This document shows, in pieces, positions 47,475 to 57,152 of a stretch of DNA of 64,000 nucleotides. Position 1 is the first letter of the stretch; every line of letters starts with the position of its first letter. The stretch is taken from contig CAWKOG010000017.1 of the NCBI GenBank assembly GCA_963851215.1, positions 345,465-409,464 on the forward strand, given 5' to 3'. The position numbers and the translations under genes are program-made. Source of the DNA: an uncultured Alphaproteobacteria bacterium. GTDB lineage: Bacteria; Pseudomonadota; Alphaproteobacteria; Dongiales; Dongiaceae. The notes beneath the pieces were generated by a model. That model worked only from the letters and a program-made list of their open reading frames with translations. It made no database searches and had not been told where the DNA came from.

Positions 47475-47879
47475 ATGCCTTTGAATCCTTCAACAATCTG
47501 CATTCTCGTCGTCGACGACGAAGCCCTGCTGCGTCTAGATCTCGGCGACGCCCTGAGGGAGGCCGGATACGACGTTTTGGAGGCAAGCGATGCCGATCAG
47601 GCCCTTTGTTACTTGCGCAATAGATGCCCGATTGATGTCGTAATCACCGATATCGAACTCGGCGCGGGCCCAACGGGATGGGATGTCGCTGAGACCTTCA
47701 GGGCGGCACGGTCGGATATACCGATAATCTATATCTCCGGGGTTGCAGGCGATCGGCGTCGAAGAGTCTCTGGAAGCACCTTTTTTGCCAAACCCTACGC
47801 GATGTTGGAAATCGTGGATTTCTGCCGCGGCTTAAATGGGGCCAAATCGCACCAGAGAAACTCGAACCCTCCATCATAG
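47475..47879 (+). CDS. response regulator receiver-domain protein (islet-encoded)
   Basis: ICILVVDDEALLRLDLGDALREAGYDVLEASDADQAL…VVITDIELG… receiver motifs. Lower-GC context. Confidence 0.65.
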   Translation: MPLNPSTICILVVDDEALLRLDLGDALREAGYDVLEASDADQALCYLRNRCPIDVVITDIELGAGPTGWDVAETFRAARSDIPIIYISGVAGDRRRRVSGSTFFAKPYAMLEIVDFCRGLNGAKSHQRNSNPPS

Positions 47880-47882
47880 CCA

Positions 47883-48086
47883 TTAATCTGAAGGACGCGA
47901 TTCGTCCCGCCGATCCGATGAGTCTTTTGTATCTCCTGCGTGCTGCTGATTGAGCGGTGCTGCGCCAAACGATTTCGTAAATGGCGTTTCGGTGCCGCAC
48001 TCAATGCACTTCGCTACCGGTCTGCCAACACTGTCGTAGAATATCTTGAAGGCGGTGGTAAAGCATTTCGGGCAAGCAGAGCTCAT
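47883..48086 (-). CDS. small zinc-ribbon protein, paralogue A (CPKC…CIECG)
   Basis: ATG 48086 with GGGGAGGGG RBS. MSSACPKCFTTAFKIFYDSVGRPVAKCIECGTETPFTK…. Confidence 0.5.
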   Translation of the reverse strand: MSSACPKCFTTAFKIFYDSVGRPVAKCIECGTETPFTKSFGAAPLNQQHAGDTKDSSDRRDESRPSD

Positions 48087-48302
48087 GTACCCCTCCCCGA
48101 GCATGGAGATCACGCCTCTTCGGCGCGGAGTATTCCCACTACCACGACTTTGTTACGGGAAATGGTTCCGCAGGTCGATTTCGGAGTCTAAGACGGTGGT
48201 TGGCGAGGATGCCGTACGCCGCCGCCTCGCGGGCGACTATCGGATCTGGTTCGCTGGCGATGGATGCGCGATTCCTGACCGAAGCGCCGACTGGAATCAC
48301 CG

Positions 48303-48494
48303 TCAGTCCGTCAAACTACCTAGGTCTGGTGCGTCTTGTTCTGCAGGCTGCTGACTGAGTGGCGTTGCGCTGGAAGCGGTCTTTGTAAACAGTGTTTCTG
48401 TGCCGCACTGAACACACTTCGCTACTGGCCGTCCGACACTGTCGTAGAAAATTTTGAATGCGCTGGTAAAGCACTTAGGGCAAGCGGAGACCAT
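48303..48494 (-). CDS. small zinc-ribbon protein, paralogue B (CPKC…CVQCG)
   Basis: ATG 48494 with GGGGAGGGAAAC RBS. N-terminal 38 aa ~85% identical to paralogue A. Confidence 0.5.
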   Translation of the reverse strand: MVSACPKCFTSAFKIFYDSVGRPVAKCVQCGTETLFTKTASSATPLSQQPAEQDAPDLGSLTD

Positions 48495-48722
48495 GTTTCC
48501 CTCCCCGACTTAGGATATTTCGCCGCTTCGGCGCGGAGTATTTCCGGATAACACAAGTTTATTGCGGAAATTCATTCCGCCGTTCGATTTAGGCGTCAAG
48601 AGCCTTCGGGATTTCCTTTGTGCGGTTTCGTACAAATCCCCAAATTGCGACAAGTGCGATCCTCAGTTTGGAGTATCGTTGGCGGGTAATGGCGTCGGCA
48701 TAACGGTGACGAGACGAACGTC

Positions 48723-48989
48723 ATGCCGAAACCTTCAGGGAAGTTGTCCAATGATCCAAAAGACAAGATCCAGGCTTGTCTGAATCATTGCTGGGCGCGT
48801 TCCAACGCCATCTCCGGACGGGATTACTTCAATGCGTGCAAACGTTGGTGGATAACCCTGACTTCAGAGCAACAGGAATCATGTGTTGCCGTGGTTGACG
48901 CGTATCGGCTCACGCACTGGAAAGCCGCAGAGCGGAAGGCCTCAACCTTACCGGCAGCGCCGAAGTGTCCGGCGAGTTTCCTCGAATAA
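48723..48989 (+). CDS. hypothetical small protein (88 aa)
   Basis: ORF in the low-GC islet. Composition is protein-like but there is no further support. Confidence 0.3.
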   Translation: MPKPSGKLSNDPKDKIQACLNHCWARSNAISGRDYFNACKRWWITLTSEQQESCVAVVDAYRLTHWKAAERKASTLPAAPKCPASFLE

Positions 48990-49135
48990 TCCCGACGCTG
49001 CTGCGGCATAGCCGGCGTACTGCGCAGGAAGAGATTGATGGCGTTCTCGTCCTGGGTTATTATTGTGGATTGAGTTTGCGGAATTAGGGCCACCTACCAA
49101 GTCGGCCGACACAGGACATCAGCGGGGGCGATGTC

Positions 49136-49501
49136 ATGATGGTGCGGTACAGGGTTGGCCACGTTTGGATCCATAATCTGTTCCACGTGGCAGTATTGGG
49201 GATTGCAGCAACGACTTATCTGGTTGGCGTCGTAGCGCTGATCTTCGGCACGTTGCTGTCAGCATTGTACCTGACCTTTCAATGGCTGCGCGATGGCGTA
49301 TGGCATTCCTACACGCTTGCTGACCTGTTCGCGAGAGGATTGGCGCCAGATCGGCCGACACAGCCCGAAGCGTGGCTTCTCGAAGCACCGCTGTTGATTG
49401 CCATGCCCACTATCGGTGCCACACTGACGATTGCCAGCATAGCTCTTTTCGTGGCCGCGGAACTGCAACGGATGGCCTCGGGGGCAGTGGGGATGGAGTA
49501 G
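49136..49501 (+). CDS. hypothetical membrane protein (121 aa, 3 TM)
   Basis: Hydrophobic helices. Islet-encoded. Confidence 0.4.
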   Translation: MMVRYRVGHVWIHNLFHVAVLGIAATTYLVGVVALIFGTLLSALYLTFQWLRDGVWHSYTLADLFARGLAPDRPTQPEAWLLEAPLLIAMPTIGATLTIASIALFVAAELQRMASGAVGME

Positions 49502-49520
49502 CGGCCGCACACAGCTATGC

Positions 49521-50024
49521 CTAAGGGATAAACGACTCGGCAAGATTTTCTGCAATCAAATGTAGCCGCTTTGTCAAATCCTGACATTGGCCGCTGATCC
49601 TGAGCATGTCGCGCATCGGTATCCGCTCTTCATCGATTTTCTGCCCTAGTCCGTCGGAATCGAACATATCAAAAATCACGGTCTGGGATTCTGCATCATA
49701 GCCTGCCAAGGTTCCGTGGACGGCAGTATGGCGAATGTGGGCTAGGTGCTTTGCCAGAGAGAACTGCGGGACTGAGTTGGCGAACGGCGCCAATTCGGGG
49801 ATCTCTTTGAATGCTCGCTTGAGAAACTGCACCTTGCGCTTTGTGCCTTGGGGAAACGTGGTTTGAATCCTCGAACAATCGAGGTTGCCAAAGACGATGC
49901 CCACGCAGATGTCGATTTTCTGCTCAACAAAGGCCCAACTGATAATGAGTTCGCCGACAGCCATATAGAGAGGCAACGGGAACTCTTCAGGAAACGGTTC
50001 TGACACGCTTAAGTCTCCGCGCAA
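49521..50024 (-). CDS. hypothetical protein (167 aa)
   Basis: Protein-like composition and lower GC. No motifs recognised. Confidence 0.4.
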   Translation of the reverse strand: MRGDLSVSEPFPEEFPLPLYMAVGELIISWAFVEQKIDICVGIVFGNLDCSRIQTTFPQGTKRKVQFLKRAFKEIPELAPFANSVPQFSLAKHLAHIRHTAVHGTLAGYDAESQTVIFDMFDSDGLGQKIDEERIPMRDMLRISGQCQDLTKRLHLIAENLAESFIP

Positions 50025-50144
50025 TACGATTTGATCGCAATTCAGGGCGACATTAGCAGCGCTACCGGCCAGGATTATATTCGGGAACCGTTGGGGAAGA
50101 TTTCCCTATAAGCCCGGCTCCGCCCTGTGAGTTATTGCTTTTAT

Positions 50145-50220
50145 TGGCGACCCCACGGGGATTCGAACCCCGGTTTGCGCCGTGAGAGGGCGCCGTCCTG
50201 GGCCTCTAGACGATGGGGTC
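50145..50220 (-). tRNA. tRNA-Glu (anticodon CTC)
   Basis: GACCCCA-TC-GTCTAGAGGCCCAGGAC-G-GCGCC-CTCTCAC-GGCGC-AAAC-CGGGG-TTCGAAT-CCCCG-TGGGGTC-G-CCA. All stems are perfect. Closely resembles the E. coli tRNA-Glu scaffold. Confidence 0.85.
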
Positions 50221-50355
50221 GTGCCGGAGGCCGAAGGGCCCTGACTTAGTGGAAGGGCGGCGCAGGATCAAGCCCTTTCCGGCCGCGGATCGGGGCGCCG
50301 CGCCGAAAGCGTTGAAATTACGGGATTTCGTGAGATGGGAGGGACGCCGGGCGGC

Positions 50356-51411
50356 CTACGCCGTCATCGTCACCGGGCCGCCGGTGGCGAGCTGCTGGGC
50401 GGCTGTGACGAAGGCGTCCACGGCTGTCACATCGGTATTGTACGCCGTCACCAGGCGGATCGTGCGCACGCCGCCCTCGCGGTAGAAGCCGAAGCCGGCC
50501 TGTTCCAGTCCGTCGATCACCCGGTGCGGCAGGGTGACGAACAGCAGGTTGGCCTCGCGCGGATGCACCAGCCGGCAGCCCTGGATCTTGGCCAGCCCGT
50601 CGGCCATGCGCCGCGCCATGGCGTTGGCGTGGCGCGCATTGCGCAGCCAGAGATCGTCGGTGAGATAGGCTTCCATCTGCGCGCTGACGAAGCGCATCTT
50701 CGAGAACAGATGGCCGCCGCGCTTGCGGCGGAAGGCGACGGTCGCCGCCATCGCGGGATCGAAGAAGATCATCGCCTCCGCCGCCATGGCGCCGTTCTTG
50801 GTGGCGCCGAGCGACAGCACATCGACGCCGGCGCGCCAGGTGGCGTCGGCCGGCGAGCAGTTGAGCGACACCAGCGCATTGGCAAAGCGCGTGCCGTCCA
50901 TATGCACCAACAGCCGGTGGGAATGGGCGATCTCGGCCAGCGCGCGGAGCTCCTCGATGCGGTAGACGGTGCCGCATTCCGTCGCCTGGGTCAGGCTCAA
51001 CACCGCCGGCTGGGAATGATGCACGTTGCCGCGCCATTCCTGCGCCAGGACCGCATTCAATACCGGCGGCGTCAGCTTGGCGCCGGAGCCGCCCAGGGGG
51101 ATCAGCTTGGCGCCGCCGGTGAAGAGCTCGGGCGCGCCGCATTCATCCACATGGATATGGGCAAGCTCGTGGCAGTAGATGGCGCCGAAGGGCGGCGTGA
51201 TCGCCGACAGCGCGAGCGAATTGGCCGCGGTGCCCGTGGCCACGGGGAACATGGCGACGCTGCGTTCAAATATATCGGCGACGCGCTGCTCCAGCCGCTT
51301 GGTAATCTCGTCATTGCCATAGGGCATGGCGGGGCCGCTATTGGCCCGCTCGAGCGCCGCCATGATCTCCGGCGCGATGGTCGTGACGTTGTCGCTGCAG
51401 AAATTATGCAT
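50356..51411 (-). CDS. ltaE: low-specificity L-threonine aldolase
   Basis: 351 aa. PLP fold-type I threonine aldolase motifs (…FCSDN…, …LSLGATKNGAMAAEAMIFF…). Confidence 0.85.
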   Translation of the reverse strand: MHNFCSDNVTTIAPEIMAALERANSGPAMPYGNDEITKRLEQRVADIFERSVAMFPVATGTAANSLALSAITPPFGAIYCHELAHIHVDECGAPELFTGGAKLIPLGGSGAKLTPPVLNAVLAQEWRGNVHHSQPAVLSLTQATECGTVYRIEELRALAEIAHSHRLLVHMDGTRFANALVSLNCSPADATWRAGVDVLSLGATKNGAMAAEAMIFFDPAMAATVAFRRKRGGHLFSKMRFVSAQMEAYLTDDLWLRNARHANAMARRMADGLAKIQGCRLVHPREANLLFVTLPHRVIDGLEQAGFGFYREGGVRTIRLVTAYNTDVTAVDAFVTAAQQLATGGPVTMTA

Positions 51412-51444
51412 GATCCCCGCGCAATCCTAAGATGCCCGGCCCCT

Positions 51445-51800
51445 AGGGGCTCGGGACAAAATTGAGCCGGCCGGTGACGGCGCCGGACCGGATGTCGATG
51501 ACCAGCAGCTGGTCGCAACGACCGCCGCTGCCCAGCCTGACGATCAGCCGGTTGCCCTCGGCCCGCGTTTCCACGATGGCGCAGCCGGCGGGAATCGGCA
51601 CCGATGCCTCGCCGAAACCGCCCGCGCGCAGCCGCCGGTTTTTCGCCTTCGCCCAGATTACTCAACCTGTTGGCGATGGTCACGCCCACCACCACCATGC
51701 CGGCGACGATCACGATGCCCATGAAGATGACAAGCGCCAGCAGCGCCCGTAGGTTGGACGGGGATTCGGGTTTCGGGCGCGGGGATTCGGTATTGGACAT
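51445..51800 (-). CDS. small membrane-anchored protein with an apparent -1/+2 frameshift at an A5 run (about 51641-51645)
   Basis: N-terminal MSNTESPRPKPESPSNLRALLALVIFMGIVIVAGMVVVGVTIANRL (TM) then junk. One frame over, a protein-like continuation …FGEASVPIPAGCAIVETRAEGNRLIVRLGSGGRCDQLLVIDIRSGAVTGRLNFVPSP ends at a TAG 34 nt before ltaE. Confidence 0.4.
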
Positions 51801-51806
51801 CTATCT

Positions 51807-52781
51807 ATGCCAGGGAATGACGAGCCAGCGCAGTATCAGGTAACCGCCGGCACGTCCCAGGCCGGCGAACGGCTGGACCGTCTGCTGGCCGGCACCCTGC
51901 CGGACCTGTCGCGGAGCCGCCTCAAGAACCTGATCATCGAGGGCCGCGTCCGCCTGGGCGAGGCGACCTTAAGAGACCCCTCCCACCGGGTCAAACCCGG
52001 GCAAATATTCACGATTTCCATCCCGCCGGCCCGCGAGGCGAAGCCTGCCGGCCAGGCGATCGGCCTGGATGTCGTCTATGAGGATGACGATCTGATCGTC
52101 GTGAACAAGCCGGCCGGCATGGTGGTGCATCCGGCGCCGGGCAATCCGGACGCCACGCTGGTGAATGCGCTGATCGCCCATTGCGGCGCGTCTTTGTCGG
52201 GCATTGGCGGCGTGCTGCGGCCGGGCATCGTCCACCGCCTGGACAAGGACACCAGCGGCCTGATCGTTGCGGCGAAGAACGACGCCGCGCACCGGGCGCT
52301 TTCCACCGCCTTCGCCGCCCACGATATCGAGCGCGCCTATATGGCCGTGGTCTGGGGTGTGCCGGCGCGGCCCCAGGGCGAAATCACCGGGAATATCGGC
52401 CGCCATCCGGTGGACCGGAAGCGGATGGCGATCGTGAAGCGCGGCGGCAAGCCGGCCCTGACCCGCTATAAGGTGATGCGACGCCTCGGCCGCGGCGCGA
52501 GCCTGGTGGAATGCCGGCTGGCCACCGGGCGGACCCATCAGATCCGCGTGCATCTGGCGGCCCTGGGCCATCCGGTCATCGGCGATCCCGTCTATGGCCG
52601 CTCCACTCCGGGTCGGATCGCCGCCCTGGAACCGGCCGCGCGGGCTGCGGTTAAGTCTTTTGGGCGCCAGGCGCTGCACGCCTACCTGCTCGGTTTTTCG
52701 CACCCGCGAACGGGGGTTCCGATCCGCTGGGAGGGGCAACTCCCCCAGGATATTATGAGCCTGATCAATAATTTAGAATGA
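51807..52781 (+). CDS. rluD: 23S rRNA pseudouridine synthase, RluA family (RluD-like, with S4 domain)
   Basis: S4-like N-terminus (ERLDRLLAGTLPDLSRSRLKNLIIEGRVRLG), catalytic HRLDKDTSGL motif. Confidence 0.85.
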   Translation: MPGNDEPAQYQVTAGTSQAGERLDRLLAGTLPDLSRSRLKNLIIEGRVRLGEATLRDPSHRVKPGQIFTISIPPAREAKPAGQAIGLDVVYEDDDLIVVNKPAGMVVHPAPGNPDATLVNALIAHCGASLSGIGGVLRPGIVHRLDKDTSGLIVAAKNDAAHRALSTAFAAHDIERAYMAVVWGVPARPQGEITGNIGRHPVDRKRMAIVKRGGKPALTRYKVMRRLGRGASLVECRLATGRTHQIRVHLAALGHPVIGDPVYGRSTPGRIAALEPAARAAVKSFGRQALHAYLLGFSHPRTGVPIRWEGQLPQDIMSLINNLE

Positions 52782-52823
52782 TTGTAATCAAGGCCCTATT
52801 CTTGACTAATTTGGTCTGATATA

Positions 52824-52853
52824 CTTGATTGCGGAATTCGGGGGGCCATCTTA
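52824..52853 (+). promoter_or_regulatory. candidate sigma-32-type promoter upstream of rpoH
   Basis: CTTGATT-N14-GCCATCTT resembles CTTGAAA-N13/14-CCCCATNT. A sigma-70-like CTTGAC is also at 52801. Sequence resemblance only. Confidence 0.25.
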
Positions 52854-52902
52854 ACGGGCTGGCCGAGTTGGCCGATCCGACCGGTCACTCAGGGAGCGTT
52901 CA

Positions 52903-53796
52903 ATGGCTGCAGCCACCAGTACTCGTAATCTTCCGACGGTCGTCTCCGAGAGCAACCTCACCCGCTACCTCCAGGAGATCCGCAAGTTCCCCATGCTGGA
53001 GCCGCAAGAGGAATATATGCTGGCCAAGGGCTGGCGCGAGCATGGCGAAGTCGAGTCAGCCCACAAGCTGGTCACCAGCCATCTGCGCCTGGTGGCGAAG
53101 ATCGCCATGGGCTATCGCGGCTATGGCCTGCCGCTCAACGAGCTGATTTCCGAAGGCAATGTCGGGATGATGCAGGCGGTGAAGCGCTTCGAGCCGGAGC
53201 GCGGCTTCCGCCTGGCCACCTATGCCATGTGGTGGATCCGCGCCGCGATCCAGGAATACATCCTGCACTCCTGGTCGCTGGTGAAGATGGGCACCACCGC
53301 GGCGCAGAAGAAGCTGTTCTTCAACCTGCGCAAGATGAAGAACCAGATCAAGGCCGTCGAGGAAGGCGACCTGACGCCCGAGCATGTGACGAAGATCGCC
53401 ACCGAGCTCAATGTCGCCGAGGACGATGTCGTGCAGATGAACCGCCGCCTCGCGGCACCGGATCATTCGCTGAATGCGCCGCTGCGCATCGATGGCGATG
53501 GCGAATGGCAGGACTGGCTGGTCGACGAAACCGCGAGCCAGGAGATCACGCTGTCGGAGTTGCAAGAACTTTCCCAGCGCAAGAAGCTGCTGGAAAAGGC
53601 GCTGAAGGTGCTGAACCCGCGCGAGCGGCGCATCCTGATGGAGCGCCGGCTGAAGGAAGAGCCGACCACGCTCGAGGACCTGTCGAAGGAATACAACATC
53701 AGCCGGGAACGCGTGCGGCAGATCGAGGTCCGCGCCTTCGAGAAGCTGCAGAAGGCGATCCGCAACTCCGCCATCGAGCAGCGGCTGACGACCTAG
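52903..53796 (+). CDS. rpoH: RNA polymerase sigma-32 (heat-shock sigma factor)
   Basis: 297 aa with region 2/3/4 motifs and the RpoH box QKKLFFNLRK. Confidence 0.9.
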   Translation: MAAATSTRNLPTVVSESNLTRYLQEIRKFPMLEPQEEYMLAKGWREHGEVESAHKLVTSHLRLVAKIAMGYRGYGLPLNELISEGNVGMMQAVKRFEPERGFRLATYAMWWIRAAIQEYILHSWSLVKMGTTAAQKKLFFNLRKMKNQIKAVEEGDLTPEHVTKIATELNVAEDDVVQMNRRLAAPDHSLNAPLRIDGDGEWQDWLVDETASQEITLSELQELSQRKKLLEKALKVLNPRERRILMERRLKEEPTTLEDLSKEYNISRERVRQIEVRAFEKLQKAIRNSAIEQRLTT

Positions 53797-53830
53797 CAAA
53801 TCCGGCGTACAGACCGCGAGACTGAAAGCA

Positions 53831-53854
53831 AAGGGCGCCCCTCGGGGCGCCCTT
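53831..53854 (+). terminator. hairpin downstream of rpoH
   Basis: AAGGGCGCCCC-TCG-GGGCGCCCTT, a perfect 11-bp stem. Weak U tract. Confidence 0.4.
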
Positions 53855-54003
53855 AACCATTCCGGATCCCCCGAATATTTCTGCCGGCGATGGCCGGCGG
53901 ACGGCAACCCGCCGGCAAACATACGGAGAGCTTCCTGTCGGCGGAAGCGCCGGCGGCGCGCGGTGCGGCGTCGGGCACCGCCGGCAAATCCTGGGAGATC
54001 AAC

Positions 54004-55635
54004 GTGAAAAGGTCATTCCTGGCGGCTACGGCCGTCATTATGTTCCTGCCGGCGGCGCAACTCAGCGCGGCCGAACTGACGGCGCTCGCGCCGATCAGCA
54101 ATGTCATTGTTTATCCGGACCGGGCCGAAGTCACCCGCAGCATCGAGGTCAGGGTTCCCGAGGGCTCGACCACCCTGATCGTCCCGGGATTGCCGATCGA
54201 TATCGTTCCGCAGTCGATCCGGGTCTTCGGTGAAGCCGATGGCGGCGTGCAAGTGACGACCATCGCCACGGAGCTGGTGCGGGCGGAGATCGTGCCCTTC
54301 AAGCCCGACCCCAAGATCGAAGCCGAAATCCAGGCGCTGCTGAAACAGAAGCCGCCGATCGAAGACCGGATCGCGCTGGCGCAGATGCAATGCGATTACT
54401 ACAAGCTGCTGCTGGCGGAGGCGCCGCAGGTCTCCGACAAGGAGCTGATCAAGTCGCTGGACCCGCAGCAATGGGACAGCGTTTGGTCCAAGCTAAGCGC
54501 CAAGCTGGCGCAGGCGCAGGACACGATCCGACTGGCAAAAGCGGAGCTGCAGTCGATCGCTGACAAAATCACCCGGCATCGGGAGCGGCAGAAGCCCAGC
54601 CAAACTACGCCGATCGAACGCCCGACGCTTGCCGCCCATGTCGGCGTCGATGCGGACAGTGCCGCGACCGCCAAGCTTCGCATCTCCTATCAGATAGCGG
54701 GAGTTTCCTGGCAGCCCTTCTACCACGCCAGCCTGAACTCCGGGACCGGCGAGGTCGCGCTGATCCAATATGGCGAAGTGCGTCAGCACACCGGCGAGGA
54801 CTGGCACGGCGTTACGCTGGTCCTGTCGACGGCGCGCCCCGCCGTCGGCGCGGTATTGCCGGAACTGACCACCTGGCGCCTGCAGGATTATCTGCTGCAG
54901 CGATCGAGAGAGGAATTGTCGAAGACCGCGTTTGGTGCGGATATTGCCGGCGGGGTCGCGGCTCCCGAGGCCGTGGCAATCCAGCCTTCAATTGCGCAGG
55001 TCGCGGCGACGGAGTTTGCTGCGGAGTACCGGATCCCTGGAAAAATCGACCTGGTCTCCGGCGATGATGCACAGCGCGTCGCCATTGCCGAGCATCGGCT
55101 GAAGAGCCGCCTGGCGGCGCGTGTCGTGCCGAAGGTTTCTCTACAGGCCCATCTCTATGCCACGGCCGCCTATGACGGCCGGGATCCGCTGCTGCCCGGC
55201 GCCCTTACCGTCTTCCGCGACGGCGCCCTGTTGGGAACCAGCAACCTGCCGCTGCTGCGCCCACAGGAGGAGTTCCACCTGGGCTTCGGCGCCGACGACA
55301 AGATCCGCATTGAGCACAATGAAACGCCGGTCGATCCCGAATCCGCCGGCCTCTTCGGCGACAAGCGCCGCGTCGAGCGGCAGTTCGTGACAACGATCGC
55401 CAACTATCATCAACAGCCGATCGAAATCACCCTGCTGGATCAATTGCCGGTCAGCAGCAGCGACTCGATCGAGGTGGAGCTGACACGCAACACGACACCG
55501 GCTTCCGAAACGAAGTGGCAGGATCAGGACGGCGTGATCGCCTGGACCGGCACTTACGCGCCAGCCGAAGAGAAAGCGATCAATTTCGGCTACACCATCA
55601 CCTATCCGCAGGAGATGGTGATCGGCGGCATGTGA
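54004..55635 (+). CDS. DUF4139 (mucoidy-inhibitor MuiA-like) family secreted protein
   Basis: GTG 54004 with GGGAGA RBS gives signal peptide MKRSFLAATAVIMFLPAAQLSAAEL. The track N-terminal 38 aa are rejected. Confidence 0.65.
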   Translation: MKRSFLAATAVIMFLPAAQLSAAELTALAPISNVIVYPDRAEVTRSIEVRVPEGSTTLIVPGLPIDIVPQSIRVFGEADGGVQVTTIATELVRAEIVPFKPDPKIEAEIQALLKQKPPIEDRIALAQMQCDYYKLLLAEAPQVSDKELIKSLDPQQWDSVWSKLSAKLAQAQDTIRLAKAELQSIADKITRHRERQKPSQTTPIERPTLAAHVGVDADSAATAKLRISYQIAGVSWQPFYHASLNSGTGEVALIQYGEVRQHTGEDWHGVTLVLSTARPAVGAVLPELTTWRLQDYLLQRSREELSKTAFGADIAGGVAAPEAVAIQPSIAQVAATEFAAEYRIPGKIDLVSGDDAQRVAIAEHRLKSRLAARVVPKVSLQAHLYATAAYDGRDPLLPGALTVFRDGALLGTSNLPLLRPQEEFHLGFGADDKIRIEHNETPVDPESAGLFGDKRRVERQFVTTIANYHQQPIEITLLDQLPVSSSDSIEVELTRNTTPASETKWQDQDGVIAWTGTYAPAEEKAINFGYTITYPQEMVIGGM

Positions 55636-55697
55636 TTGGCAAGTCTGGCTGTGCGTTCCCGTCCTATTCGGCGCCGACGACGTCAAGCGGATACTGC

Positions 55698-55730
55698 ACG
55701 TCTCTCCCCCGCTCCGTGGGGGAGAGACGT
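55698..55730. terminator. bidirectional hairpin between convergent genes
   Basis: ACGTCTCTCCCCC-GCTCCGT-GGGGGAGAGACGT, a 13-bp perfect stem, in the 116-bp gap between convergent CDS ends. Confidence 0.5.
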
Positions 55731-55751
55731 CATTACAGTTGCGCTCGAGAG

Positions 55752-57152
55752 TTACGCCGCCTGTTGCAGTGCCGCGGTGCGGTTGGATTGCGCGGCGGCG
55801 CGGGCCTTGTCGGCGGCCGGGCTGTCGCCCAGGCCGTCCAGCGACCGCGCCGTCAGGATCCAGTTGAACGGGCTGGAGGGCTTCAGCTCCGTGCGCTCAG
55901 CCGCCAGCTCGCGGGCCAGCCGCGACCGGTTGCCCCGCAACGCCGCCTCGATCAAGGTGAGGCTGAGCACGTCGCGCTGCGCATGGCTCCCGCCGAAGCG
56001 GTTGGCGATCGGCCGCACCGGCAACAACAGATCGACGGTCTTGCTGTAATCACCGGCAGCATAGGACTCGATCGCCTGGCAGACCGGCAGGCCGACATCG
56101 CGGGTCATCATGGCGTTGGTGCCGCCATTCTGCGCCCGCTGCTCCATGTTCTTCAGCAGCGTCTTGGCTGCAGCGGATCGCCCGTCGCCGATGAATGACA
56201 TCATCGCATGCATGTCGTTGAAGGCGTAGTTGAGATCGCCCGTGCGCGCTTCCCACTTGTCCGCCAGCTCGTTCCAGCGATTGCCGACGTCGATATCCCG
56301 CAAATGCAGGCGCCAGAGCAGCGCCGTGCCGTCCAGCATCTCCATCGGCAGGTTCGAACCGGTGTTCCGGATGCGCGTGTCATAGAGATCGAGCACCCGG
56401 TCGAACTCGCCGAGATCCAGATGATAGAGCGCCAGATGCCACCAGTTGTGGAAGGCGAAACCGTTATCGGGCGCCCAATCGCCGATGCGCTGGGTCATGA
56501 ACTTGATGCCATCGGCCTGGCGGCCCTGCATCTCCATGACGTGGGCCGCCGCATGGACCGCCCAGGGATCGCGCTTGTTGAGGTCGAGTGCCTTGCGCGC
56601 CCGGTCCTCGGCCCGGGCATAGTCGCCCATCTCTTCCAGACCAAAGGCGTGCATGCCCAGCACATAACCGTAGCCGGGCGTTTCCTCGTTCCAGAACGGC
56701 AGCACCCGCGCCACGCGGTCGCGAAGTTGCACGGCATGGCCGAGCAGAAAGTCGCCGAGATGGGCGATCTGCAATGCCAGCCCGTCGAGCGGATAATCCT
56801 CGAGGATCCTGCCGTAGCGGGTCATGCTGCCGGCGTAGTCGCCGTCGAGCCAGGCGCGCGCCGCCGCCATGTGCTGGCGCTCGCGGTCATTGGCCTTGGG
56901 CGCCAGGGCCTCGAGCCGTTCCACCGTGCTCTTGAGCTCCGATTCGAAATTGCGGTCGGTGGCGGACACGATCAGCGCCGCGCGCAGGCAGAGGCCCATG
57001 ATGAACTCGGGATCTTCCGCCAGCGCCGAATCGATGGTTGCGAATGGATCGTTGAAGTAGCCTAGGAAGAGGTCGGCCGCGCGCTCGTATTTCTCGAGCG
57101 AGGCCCGGTTGGTCGTCGAAACGGGGACACCGCGAATGTCCGTCAGTGACAT
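55752..57152 (-). CDS. tetratricopeptide-repeat protein (TTC38-like family)
   Basis: ATG 57152 with GGAGGAAG RBS. 466 aa of TPR-like helical repeats. Confidence 0.7.
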   Translation of the reverse strand: MSLTDIRGVPVSTTNRASLEKYERAADLFLGYFNDPFATIDSALAEDPEFIMGLCLRAALIVSATDRNFESELKSTVERLEALAPKANDRERQHMAAARAWLDGDYAGSMTRYGRILEDYPLDGLALQIAHLGDFLLGHAVQLRDRVARVLPFWNEETPGYGYVLGMHAFGLEEMGDYARAEDRARKALDLNKRDPWAVHAAAHVMEMQGRQADGIKFMTQRIGDWAPDNGFAFHNWWHLALYHLDLGEFDRVLDLYDTRIRNTGSNLPMEMLDGTALLWRLHLRDIDVGNRWNELADKWEARTGDLNYAFNDMHAMMSFIGDGRSAAAKTLLKNMEQRAQNGGTNAMMTRDVGLPVCQAIESYAAGDYSKTVDLLLPVRPIANRFGGSHAQRDVLSLTLIEAALRGNRSRLARELAAERTELKPSSPFNWILTARSLDGLGDSPAADKARAAAQSNRTAALQQAA

